A DNA stretch of 23,083 bases, from positions 1-23,083 of the forward strand of contig JBHGNT010000489.1 in the NCBI GenBank assembly GCA_043228905.1. Direction: 5' to 3'. Positions 10,612 through 22,177 of this stretch are shown piece by piece. The position numbers and the translations under genes are program-made. Below the pieces are notes generated by a model. It was not told the origin of the DNA. It saw only the letters and a list, made by a program, of their open reading frames with translations, and ran no database searches. The first letter of the stretch is position 1. Each line of letters starts with the position of its first letter. The stretch comes from Azolla caroliniana. Taxonomy: Eukaryota; Plantae; Polypodiophyta.

Positions 10612-11697
10612 TGTCGTGATGTGGCGTGCTCGAGAGTGGGAAAAACCGGCGAAAGGGGGAGTCAAAAATGTGCATGTGCAATGTGTGTGCACACAAAGGC
10701 GATTAGTTGTGCATATGCAAACTAAAAGGGAAAAGAAAGGGTAGAAAGGATGTATAGAAGCTCGTGCAAAAAGTAAGAGAGAGGAGAGATAAAAGGTAGA
10801 GGGGAGACAGGCTAAGAATTTATAGAGATAGAATTATATATTATATAAGAGAGAGTTAATGGGCTAGTGGATAGTCACATTGACTTCTAGCTAGAGGTGC
10901 ACGGTTAAAAATTTAAGGAATTTTATTCCTTTTTTGCATTAAAGACAAAATTGGCAACCCCTCCTTTCTTTCTTTTTTCTATAAAAGGAGGTCGAGGGGG
11001 GTTCATTCGGGAGGACGTTTTGGGAGGAGGAGACTATCGTCTCTAAGGGCATTTAGTATTTATGTTTTGATTGAGCCGGTGGTTAGCTAGAAGTTGCTAT
11101 TGTAATCAAACCTTATTTATAAAGGGGCCGCTTGCGTTGGAGTTGAGCACGTATTTACTCCTTTGGCCGATATCATTCGTCTTCCTTCTTTCTTTTTTTC
11201 TTGTTCGTGTCTTCCTTGTACGTTCGGCCATCTTATGACGAGGGACCGTTTCAAGCGTGCCCATGCACCTCTCCTCCTCATAAAGACGTACAAGCATTCA
11301 TGTTTGTGTTATCGTCCCCTTTGATTCGTAGAGAGGATTCGTAGAGAGAGTTCGTAGAGTGGGTTCGAAGAGAGGATTCGTAGAGAGGATTCATAGAGAG
11401 GATTCGTAGAGAGAGTTCGTAGAGTGAGTTCGTAGACAGGATTCGTAGAGAAGATTCGTAGAGAGGATTTGTAGAGTGAGGATTCGTAGAGTGAAGATTC
11501 GTAGAGTGAGGATTCGTAGAGCGAGGATTCGAAGAGACAATTCATAGAGAGAATTCGTAGAGTGAGGATTCGTAGAGTGGGTTCGAAGAGAGCTTTATAT
11601 TTATAAGATTTAAAAGTAATAAATAAATATTTATTTATTTATCCCTTGAGTACTCCCTAGTCCAAGACCCTCGTGGTCCCGCCCAAGTAACATACGT
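10612..11697 (+). mobile_element. F1: LTR-like unit lacking its last 18 bp
   Basis: Starts TGTCGTGATG, TATA TATAAAAGG near 10980; colinear with 11698-12142 and 22021-23061. Confidence 0.75.
11323..11592. repeat. 13-15-bp minisatellite GATTCGTAGAG(TG)AG
   Basis: About 20 imperfect tandem units, present in F1 but not in F2. Confidence 0.9.
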
Positions 11698-12276
11698 TGT
11701 CGTGATGTGGCGTGCTCAAGGGTGGGAAAAACCAGCAAAAGGGGGGGTCAAAAATGTGCATGTGCAATGTGTGTGCACACAAAAGCGATTAATTGTGCAT
11801 ATGCAAAATAAAAACGAAAAGAAAGGGTAAAAAGGAGGTATAGAAGCTCGTGCAAAAAGTAGGAGAGAGGAGAGATAAAAGGTAGAGGGGAGACAGGCTA
11901 TGAATTTATAGAGATAAAATTATATATTATACAATAGAGAGTTAGTGGGCTAGTAGATAGTCACATTGACTACTAGCTAGAAGTGCACAGTTCGAATTTG
12001 GACTTACACTGCAGCGTGATTTAAGGAATTTAATTCCTTTTTCCTTGAAGACAAATTTGGCGACCCCCCCTTCTTTTTTTCATATAAAAGGAGGTCGAGG
12101 GGGGCTCATTCGGGAGGACGTTTTAGGAGGAGGAGACTATCGCCAATTTTCCTTCGAAGCTCTTCATCTCCTTATTCACCGCTTCTCTTCATCTCATACC
12201 CCTTCATCTCCCCATCATCACGTGCTCGTCTTATTCGCGTCGGCACTCGAATTGCTTGTGAGCCCAAGCTTCGTTT

Positions 12277-12710
12277 TGTTAACTCTTCGGGCCGGACAAT
12301 GGCCTAACACAGGGTGTCTACGTGAGACACTTCACCAAAGGGTGTTACGGCAACCGGATTAGACTTCAACGCTTAATCCGACTTAGTTAAGTTACTTAGT
12401 AGGATCGTCTTTCATAACACGCGTAAGATATAACAATTAAGACAGAATGGCAATTAACACAGAGAGATAACAACACTTAAGCTTTCATTAATTAACCGCG
12501 AACTATTACATTGTATCCGGGCCTTTAAATAGGTTTCCGGTCTGTATTACAAAACGGTGCCATCCGCACCTGTTCGGGATCGGTCCGGATCCGGAACGGC
12601 ATACCGATTCCGGTCTGTCCGTCCACACTCATAGCTTAATTACAACCACATTCCTACTACTTAATTAGCTCTCCGTTTCCCACTCTGGACTCCTTTGCCG
12701 GCCGGTAACA
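12277..12710 (-). repeat. 3' LTR of element E (434 bp)
   Basis: TGTTA...TAACA termini; about 15 mismatches to the other LTR by eye; minus-strand TATA-like CCTATTTAAAGG near 12522-12533. Confidence 0.95.
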
Positions 12711-12712
12711 CA

Positions 12713-12729
12713 TGGCACGCCCGTGGGAC
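12713..12729 (+). promoter_or_regulatory. Inverted tRNA-Arg primer-binding site at the position of the PPT
   Basis: TGGCACGCCCGTGGGAC, 2 nt from the LTR; first 11 nt identical to element B's PBS but on the strand opposite gag-pol. Confidence 0.8.
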
Positions 12730-12764
12730 AGTACCTTGTACGTCAAATCCACAACCGACCCTTG

Positions 12765-15747
12765 CTATTCTTCGTCCAAAATGTCCAGAATGCTTTGTTC
12801 GAGAGGCTCCAATGGTTCATCTGGAAGTGGTTGTTGTTGTTATTGTTGCTGCTCTGTTGCTGTCTGCTGCGGCGAATCCGTTGGTGGTTGTTGCGGCTGC
12901 TCCTCCGTTTGTGGCTCTGACCCCAGCATCTCCGTCGTTGCTCCCTGCGTCAAAGTGGTCTCCGGTTGACTGGTTCCCGGCTAGCCCTCAACCGGCGACG
13001 GTTCCTCATCACTAAGGTTAACCGTTGTCGCTTCCCGTGCTTTTTCTTCCCGTACCCGGGACCGCTCGTAGCTTTCATACTGGATTTGAGCATCCAGCCT
13101 ATCATCGTCCAGCTGAGCTACGAGCTGCCTGACCTACGCCAGTTGTTCATCTGCCAGGAATTGGAAGTCGTCGACCAGCTCGTCCCGTATGGCGGTGAAG
13201 TCCTCGAAAGTCAACGTATAACAGTCATCTCCTTCCTTCCGCCGGTTTGCCACATCCGCTCGTAGCAACTGGAGTTCCGCCGCGTTTTGTGCCCACTTTG
13301 TCCACCATTTTACGGAGCTTTCATCAATCAAGTGTTTCGTCTGATCCAGCCATGCCCGGAGGATGGACTGAATCCGGCTCGTTCCCAATTGCGATTTTGT
13401 TTCCACCGCTTGCCGTTCCTCCTTCAGTTGTTTGATGATTTTGACGTTGTCCTCCGCCTGCGCCTTGTAATGCGTCAATTGCCTTTGATATGTACTTTGT
13501 AATTTCTGCAATATTGTTGACGCTCTCTCTTTGTCTTCCTGCTGCTGCCTCTGGAGCTCCATCCGGACCTTCTCCACCTCTTGTATTTTCCGCTTGTTCG
13601 TCGGCGATCGCCGTCGAGGCCCGATCAACTGCCTGTTGGAGCTCGGCCATCCATTCTTTATGCTCCGTTTCCAGCCGTTTGTAGTCCCAGTGCAGGTGCT
13701 TAAAATCATCCATCTTTTGCTTGAGCCATGCGTTGATCTGACGACGGGCCCGGTCCTCGCGGTCCTTCTGCTGGCGGAGCTCTTCCTTTAGCCGTTCAAT
13801 CTCTGTTTCCGCCGTTTTCCACAGCTTGTCCTTTTCCTGCAGCACTTTGTCTTTCTCCTCCTTTAGCCGGTCGTATGCTTGATGGCCTTTCCGGAGGCTC
13901 TCCTCTGCCCGGCGAAGGTTCTCAGCAGTCTTCTTTAATTCGGCTTCGGCCGCCGTCTTCAATTCTCGTTCACGGCTCCTTAGCGCTTCTTGTGCGGCAA
14001 GTTCCTCTCTCAATTCCGCAAGCTCTCGAGCTTGCGCCGCATCTCTCGCCGGAACGGTTTCCGTTGCCGGGGTCTTATTGCTATGTACAGGTCGTTCCGT
14101 TTCTTTATTCTGTACACTTACCGGAGTCACCGGTGATTGGATCCGTATTTTGGCCATCTCTGTCGTGACCTGATCCAAATCTTTTTCAAGGCACCGGATT
14201 CTGGACCGGGCCATCTCTAGTTGTTCGGTTGTGACGAGCAACCGTTCGCTTTGCGTTCTTTCTTCCGCCTCTATATACCCCACTGCTCCGGCTATCTGTT
14301 CGCCTATCCACCAGAGCCACAGGCTACCGGTGCCTTGTTGTGCTTGCATGGAGGTTTGATGGATGGGCTCACTTGTAGAGGGGTGGTCCCGCCTGGTTGC
14401 ACGGAGTTGCAGTTCCTTTTCTGCCCGTGGACCAACCTACTGTCCTGGTTCCCCTTGCGCTTCTTCTTGGCTGACCGAGGGAGGCTGCAGTGACCTTTTC
14501 GGCTCGGGCGGGATGGGGCTTGCCGGTGTTGCCGGTGGTGCCGGGGCTTCTGTTTCCGGTGCCATCTGCACCGGTTCCGGTTCCTTCCCTGGCGTAGGAG
14601 TCTCAGTATGGGGAGCCGGTGTTCCCTCTGTCTGAGGGTCCGAACGTTTCCCGGCTGCCTCAACGGTCCTTGCCGACAACCGTCGCTGGAGGTGCTCCAT
14701 AGGCTCCTCCTCTATTTCCTCCTCCTCAGCTCCGGCATTGAGTTTTGCCGCCAAGGGGTCCGCTTCTCGATTCACCGGTCGGCGGAGTGTGACCTTTACA
14801 GGCCGTGCCGGTGGTTCCTCCTGCGCCTCCATTGGGCGCTTCCGGCTGCCGCTTCCTGCTGCCGCCTGTTCTGCATCCGCCACCTTTCCCTTGGTGGCCT
14901 TCGAGGCCAACAGCTGTTGCCGTTTGGAAGCCGTCCTTGGTGTGCCGTCCGGCACTCTTCCTCGCTTCTTGGGCTGGACGGTCTGAACGGGTGGCACCAG
15001 CAAGGTGAGCCACTGCGTTACGGCGTGCCATATCCTTCGTCCGTCTCGGCCTTCTTTGTCGTCTTTGCCTCTGACGATCTTGATCGCCGCACACAACCCG
15101 TCTGCAATCAATACCGGCCAATCCACCTTGATCCCTTCATAGGTGGCGATGATCATCCCTGCCCGGTTCTGCGGCATGACAGGGGGTCTAGGGTATATGT
15201 GGCCGTATTCATGGAGCACACGAGCAATTTCGCGGAACAGCATATCTCCGCCGCCCTGTGTCCGGTAGCCCTTGCTAGCTAGAGAGTACTCACCAAAATA
15301 CCTGATGAGTTGCTCCGGGGTTGGATTGTCGATCGTGAGTATGCCTCCCTCCGGAAGGCCTGTTAACGCTCGAATCGCCTTTGCCGTTATGACCTCTGTA
15401 TCGATTTCCTTGATCACTTTGTCGGCTTCTTTGTGTGGAGGTACTTCCATCATCATCAAGAAGCCCTCGAGCCCGTGTTGCTTCAGCCATGTCTTGGCGG
15501 CTTCCGATAGCGTTTGCGGGTCCATCTCTGTGTCGGGGTCTAATTGCGATGACGAGGATGGATGGTGATGAGAGCGGGGTTGAGAAAGAGAGAGTTCAGA
15601 AGGCGGGGGTTCTCTATGCGCAGGTTCTCGTCTGATGATCTTGTAGCGTTTCGGTGCTTCTGTGCTCCTGGGTTCGCGAAAGTAGAGGGTCTCTACGCGC
15701 AATGGTTTTTGTCTGTGCATTCTGGCACCTTTTTCGAGTTTGTGCAT
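12765..15747 (-). pseudogene. Extra ORF (~990 codons) downstream of pol: helical N-terminal domain, P/E-rich linker, long coiled coil, acidic Q-rich tail
   Basis: ORFs 14437-15747 and 13324-14349 are in frame; one frameshift near 13600 leads into 13134-13709, which continues in frame through stops to ...SILDILDEE* at 12765. Confidence 0.75.
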
Positions 15748-15931
15748 ATCGCGTACTTAAAATAGCATTATGTCCTGTGGTGGCGCTTTAAATGCCCACT
15801 ACGTACCTTTTCGCTCCACGCTCTTTCATCCATTCATTCCTCGCTTTTGCATGACTTTTTTTTCTTTTCTTTTTTTTTCAGTTATTATTATTATTAGTGT
15901 GACGTCACATGTCCGTTGGTCCTCCCGGACC

Positions 15932-18900
15932 CTAACCGGCCTCATTCTCTCCGGTTCCCGGCTTGCCGTCTTTGCCGTCTTGGTGGTTGCCGTCCGTCCT
16001 TTGCTCAAACGGGTTCTTAGGCATCGGTCCTCTATATGCCTTTAACCGGAATCCGTTGACCCATTTGCCCAGCACTTCGCCGGCAAGTGTCCCCAACTGG
16101 TAGGACCCATTATACTCCCGTGTTAGCCAATATGGTCCGGTCCATCTAAACCTTAGTTTACCCGGCATCTTGCCCATCCGGGTTTGGAATACTAACACTG
16201 GTTTGCCGATTGCGAACATTTTTTCGTTACCTTTCCTGTGCCGGTCGACGAATGCTTTCCGTCGTCGTTGCTCCAATTCTAAATGTAGGATGTTGGCCAA
16301 CCGTTGTTCCTCCAGCTCACACAGCGCTGTCAACCTTATTGTCTCTGACTCCTTCTCGTTCAGCCGTTCTCGTAGCTGGATCCGTAAGCTAGGTACTTGA
16401 AATTCTACCGGCATGACCGCCTCGAGTCCGAACGCCAACCGGAACGGTGTTGTTCGGATGCTCGTTTTGTATGCCGTCCGGTATGCCCAAAGCGCGCTAT
16501 GTAGCTTTGTGTCCCAATCCGTCCGGTTCTCGTTGACGATCTTCCGAAGGATGTTCTGGAGCGTCTTGTTTGTTGATTCCGCTAATCCGTTCGCCTGTGG
16601 ATAGTAAGGTGTGCTTCGTTTGTGGACCACGGCATAGAAGGTCGTTAGGCTTTCCACTACTTGTCCGAGAAAGTGCCCCCCTTGGTCACTTATCAATTCA
16701 ATGGGGCATCCGTAACGGCACCAGATGTACTCATATAGAAACTTTGCCGTTGACGCAGCGGTGTTATCCCGTAAAGCTTTGGCCTCCACCCATTTCGTGC
16801 AGTAATCCGTAGCAACGATAACGTACCAATTACCCGTTCTCATTGCCGGTGGCTTGAACGGTCCTACAAAGTCCAGCCCCCACTTTTGGAATGGCTCGAG
16901 TGGTAGTACCGGCTGGTGTGGCATACGAGCCTGCTCCGTTGGCTGGCCCATTCTCTGGCATAGGTCACATTCTTTTGCGTATCGTACCGCATCTCTTAAT
17001 GTCGTTGGCCACCATAGGCCACTTTGCCATATTTTTCTGGTTGTCGCATCTCCGACATAGTGACCTCCGGCAACTCCGCAGTGGGCTTCCCTCAGTATCA
17101 GTTCCTTTTCATCGCTGCGCACCGCCCGTCTCCATATGCCGTCAGTGCCCTTGTGGTACAGTGTGTCTTGCAGTAAACAGAAATGTCGGCTTTGTACCGC
17201 CAGGCGTTTCCGTTCGTCCCGGTTCAGCTCTTCCGGAGGCAGTCCTGTGCTCAGAAACTGGTGCATATTTGTGAGCCACTTGTCTTCCTGGGCCACTGTC
17301 TCATCTGTTGCCGTCTCCGAGTGACTCGAAACAGCTCCGCATCCGGAAACTCATCCGGTACTCCGTCACCCGTCTCTCCGGACTCTAATCGGCTTAAGTA
17401 ATCCGCTACGGCATGCTGTATACCAGGTCGGTGGAATATTTCAAACTCGAACTCCTGTAACAATAAGGTCCACCGGGCCAATTTGCCGGTGAGTGACGCT
17501 TTGGACACCAGGTAAAGGAGTGCCGAATGATCTACATGGAAGGAAAACTAACTTCCCAATAAATAGTGCCGAAACTTTGTCACACTGTAGATCATTCCTA
17601 GAGCTTCCCGTTCCGTAGTAGAGTAGTTCCATTCTGCTTGGGATAGCTTCCGGCTGGCATAGTACACTGGCCGGTACCACTTTGGTTCCGTAAGCTGCAT
17701 CAGTACGCTTCCAATTGCGATGTCGGAGGCGTCCACGAAGACGTGAAATTCTTTACTCCAATCTGGAGGTTGTACTACCGGTGCCTGCGACAATAGTACC
17801 TTGAGGGCCTTATACGCCCTATCCTCATTATCGGTCCATTGGAATGGTGTCCGATGTACGGCGGTATGCAACGGTGTAGCCAGGTCGGCCAAGTATCGGA
17901 GCATCCGGCTGTGCCACCGGATCTGGCCTAAGAACCGGCTCAATGCCTTTGCCGTTGCCAGCGCCGGTGCTTCTAATATGGCTTTCACTTTGTCCGGGTC
18001 GACTGCAATACCTTCCTGGCTCACGATATGTCTTAATAAAGTTCCACTGGACACGCCAAATACACACTTTGCTGGATTCAAGCTTAGCCGGTACGCTCTA
18101 CACTTTTCTAGACAAAGACGGAGGTACTGAAAATGGTCCTCCTCCCGGCTATAGACAGCGAAATCGTCAAGGAAAACCTGCATAAAAGCCGGTATATATT
18201 CACCAAAGATTTCCATGATGATTCGTTGAAACGTTGCCGGTGCCGTTTTGAATCCGAACATCATCACCACGGCCACAAACACCCCCCATTCGGTGACGAA
18301 TGCCATTTTCTCCAGGTCGTCGGGGCGCATCCGGATCTGATTATACCCGCTGAATCCGTCTAGGAAGCTATAGACCTCATGGCCGGCGACGGCATCCAAC
18401 ACTCCATCTGTGAACGGAAGTGGAAACGCATCCGTTACCGTAGCCGCATTGAGTTTCCGGTAGTCCACGCAAACTCGAATTTTTCCGTTCTTCTTTGGTA
18501 CGACTACGATGGGGCTCAGCCATGTCGCTTTCTTTACCGGACGGATAAAGCCAACTCTTAGCAGTTTGTCGATTTCTTCCTTGACCTTGGCAGCATAATT
18601 GGGATTCATCCGGTACCGTCTTTGTGCCACTGGTTTTGTGTCCTTGCTCAAGTGCACTTGATGTTGGTATAACTGAGGGTCGAGTCCTCGCATATCTTTG
18701 TATGACCAGGCAAACACATCCCGGAATTCCGTGAGAAGTGTTATCATCGCCTTTTTGTCTTCGGACTTCATCTGCTTGGCGATGTGCACCAGTTTTGCTT
18801 CATCCGTGGTGCCTAAATTCACCTGTTCTAGTTGCGATGCTTTTACGCGCTGTGAAACGGCCATTTCCCGTTCCAACGCTTCCTGCGCTTGCCGTAACTC

Positions 18901-21354
18901 CCGGATTGCGTCTTTATCCGGTTCTGCTTCCGCCTCTTCCAGTTGCGGTAAGTATGGTGCTACGGCTTCGGCAATGTCAATTTCGAAGAGGGGTATGATA
19001 TTCAGGTTTTCCTGCAGGTATTGAGCTTCTTCTTCGTCCGCTAACCCTTCTAGCATGTTGACGCATTCCGCATACAACGATGTACATTTCTTGCCAGTGC
19101 TCGTCCTTGGCTATGTTGGTACCCGTACCTTGGCTTTTCCTCCCCGGAAGGTAATTATATTTTTTCGCCAATTCTGTTTGATATGTGCCGTTTTCAACCA
19201 TGGCCGCCCCAACAATAGCGGGTATGCGCCTTGTGCCTGTAATTGTAGCACTACGGCCGAGATGTGAAATGTATGCTCGCCGACGGTGACTTCAAATTTC
19301 CGTATTAATCCTGTCGGCCGCACTGAGCTTGTATCGGCCATCCGCAACCAGAACGGACACGGCTCCCACTCGTGGATTCCTAGGTCCTCACACGTCCGGA
19401 AGCTTATTACATTTACCCCGGAGCCTCCGTCTATAACTGTGCCGGGGAGTTCTTTCCCTTTTACAATGGCAGTGATTACCGGACTGCTGGTGTCTACCAC
19501 TGTTGGTCCCTCCTCCGGATTCGAGAAGAGTACCGGTGCCGGTGATGGTTCTCCTGCCGTCATGGCCGTCTTCAGTCCTTCCGTGAATCTTGGCACGAGT
19601 TGTAGGAGTCTTCCTAGTGGTAACGTAATCTGGCATTCTTGCAACGCCTGCCATGTCTCGTTCTCGGAGTGACTACCGCCGGCAAGCCCTGCGGTGTTCT
19701 CCTTTTGCTGCTGTAAGTCTGTGACATTCTGCTCGTTTTCTTTCTTTACCCATTCCGTTGCTTTTTTCCGGATGGTCTCCTGTGTCTCCCATTCTTTGGC
19801 CATGCCCTTCGACCTTGTGGTCACCTACTGCAGGTCTGCCACCTCAGGGACTACCATATTTACCGCCGGTCGTTTTTCATAGCTCTTCACCGGGCATTGG
19901 TTACTATAATGGCCTTCCTGTCGGCAGTAATAGCAGTAGGCTTTCCGGGCATTGCTAGATTTGGCATTGTCTGTTGTACCCGGGGCAGGTCCTACGGTAC
20001 GCGCGGGGTTTTGTACCGGTTGGCTACTTGGAGCTCCTTGTTCCGGATCCCGGGGGTAGCCGCCCTTTTTAAAATGCCGTTTTTTGTTATAGCTCTTCTT
20101 ATTACGGTACTCTTGACGGGGTTGCCCGTTATATCTACCGTATTCCTCCCATTGTTGACGATACCCGGGGGAGTGCTCCCGGTCGTACTGTTCGTATCGT
20201 CTATTGTAATCCTGGTACCGATTATGCCGGTCATAGTTCTCTCACTGATCACCGTACCGGACATCATTTTCCCGTTGATCGCCATACCGGACATCATTTT
20301 CCCGTCGCTCGCCATACCGGACATCCTGTGCTGGTCGGTCACGGTCCATTCGCCGCCAGTGTTCGTCTTCTTCATCCCGGCTGCTACGTGGCTCAATTTG
20401 TCGGACGGGTGGTGCTTGCCGAGTCAACAGATTATACTCGCACCTATCCGTCATATGGCTCTTGGATTGACAGATTACACATTGCGTCCTCATAGTGCAT
20501 TCTAGAGCCGAGTGTCCGGAATTCATGCAGGTTGTGCACTGTATTCCTTGCCGAAACCGGAGGTCTTCATCGGACGGTAACGCCCGTTGAAGTGCGCCTA
20601 GTGTGAGCCAGGAGCTTGTCTTTTCCATCTCTTTCACTCGGTCAATGACCTGGTCGATGGTACTTGTGCGGAAATCGATTACCGTGCAAACCGTGCGTAG
20701 GGGTTCCCGGAGCACGTTTAGGAATACCGTCCGTAATTCCTCCTCCGGGGGTGCACGGGCAAGCTGACTATGCATCCGTTGAAACCGGATGACAAATTGG
20801 GGAATGCTCTCCCCTGCCTCTTGCCGGATGGTATAAAATAAGCCTACCATTACGGTCTGATCCACCTCCTTTTGAAAAAAATGCATGAATTTAGCTTTTA
20901 AATCTGCAAAGGTGTTGATGGTAAATGGGTCCTGCGTCCGGCGCCATCTTGCTGCTGGTCCCTCCAATGTGACACCAAATTCCGCTATCTTAGAGTGTTC
21001 TTCTTCTTCTGGGGTCAATCGCTAGGACACATGGTTGGCTTCCCATGTCTATTCAAAGGCGTGCACATGAGCTTCCGCGTCCGGATCATCTCTATACTTG
21101 GAGTACTGGAACGGCATGTCGTCGTTCGGTATCGGTGCGCGGGCTGGTAGTGTTGGTGCTCGTTCCGGAATTTTCTCCAGTGTCGGTGGTCTTTCCCGAT
21201 TTGATTCCAGTGTCGGTTGTTTCTCTTCCTTTGGTGACGGAGGCCTCTCCTCTTCGACTTCCGGTGTCAAAGGTCGTTCTTCTTCTGCTGGCACTTCTGG
21301 TTCCGGTGTCGGTAAGGTATCCGATCCTTCGTCTTCCGGTCCGTCCGTCCACAC
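15932..21354 (-). pseudogene. gag-pol: gag-pol polyprotein of element E (single frame, about six stops, one frameshift near 17310)
   Basis: Capsid domain; three CCHC knuckles (CTTCMNSGHSALEC, CVICQSKSHMTDRC, CYYCRQEGHYSNQC); protease VIDGGS; RT FLDD; RNase H DAS/ERE/DH; integrase HHCC, D,D,E core and GPY motif. Confidence 0.95.
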
Positions 21355-21442
21355 TCATAGCTTAATTACAACCACATTCCTACTACTTAATTAGCTCTCC
21401 GTTTCCCACTCTAGACTCCTTTGCCGGCCGGTAACACATGGC
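21334..21442 (-). repeat. Internal 103-bp copy of the LTR U3 tip plus 6 nt of pre-3'-LTR sequence, replacing the PBS
   Basis: 21334-21436 matches 12608-12710, and CATGGC at 21437-21442 matches 12711-12716. Confidence 0.92.
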
Positions 21443-21451
21443 CAAAAACTG

Positions 21452-21885
21452 TGTTAACTCTTTGGGCCAGACAATGGCCCAACACGGGGTGTCTACGTGA
21501 GACACTTCACCAAAGGGTGTTACGGCAACCGAATTAGACTTCAACGCTTAATCCGACTTAGTTAAGTTACTTAGTAGGATCGTCTTTCATAACACGCGTA
21601 AGATATAACAATTAAGACAGAACGGCAATTAACACAGAGAGATAACAACGCTTAAGCTTTCATTAATTAACCGCTAACTATTACATTGTATCCAGGCCTT
21701 TAAATAGGTTTCCGGTCCGTATTACAAAACGGTGCCATCCGCACCTGTTCGGGATCGGTCCGGATCCGGAACGGCATATCGATTCCGGTCCGTCCGTCCA
21801 CACTCATAGCTTAATTACAAGCTCATTCCTACTACTTAATTAGCTCTCCGTTTCCCACTCTGGACTCCTTTGCCAGCCGGTAACA
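21452..21885 (-). repeat. 5' LTR of element E (434 bp)
   Basis: Direct repeat of 12277-12710; followed on the minus strand by CAGTTTTTGGC, a truncated PBS start. Confidence 0.95.
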
Positions 21886-22177
21886 CGTTTGTTCGACATT
21901 GCTCCACCCCGTTCGTCGTTGCGAGCCCGTGTGCTCGCCGTTCGGGTGGTCGTGGTTCGTTTGGATTGGCATTTTGGTGGTGCTTGTGTGTTCATCTTCG
22001 CCGTGTTTGGATTTGCCTTTGTCTCTAAGGGCATTTAATCTTTATGTTTTGATTGAGCTTGTGGTTAACTGTAAGTTGCCATTGTAAACAAAACCCTATT
22101 TTATAAAGGGTCCTCTTGCGTAGGAATTGAACATATATTTGTCTCTTTGGCCAATATCATTCCTGTTTCTTTATTCG

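Larger units (their letters stand above)
12277..21885 (-). mobile_element. Element E: full-length non-chromovirus Ty3/gypsy retrotransposon (Athila/Phygy/Selgy-like architecture) with an extra 3' ORF
   Basis: Two 434-bp LTRs; 5-bp TSD CGTTT (12272-12276 and 21886-21890); gag-PR-RT-RH-INT order; no chromodomain and no second RNase H visible. Confidence 0.95.

Noticed and set aside
19825-19827. Programmed stop-codon readthrough between gag and pol
   Set aside because: The TAG is as easily a CAG-to-TAG deamination like other stops in this copy; it cannot be supported without other copies.
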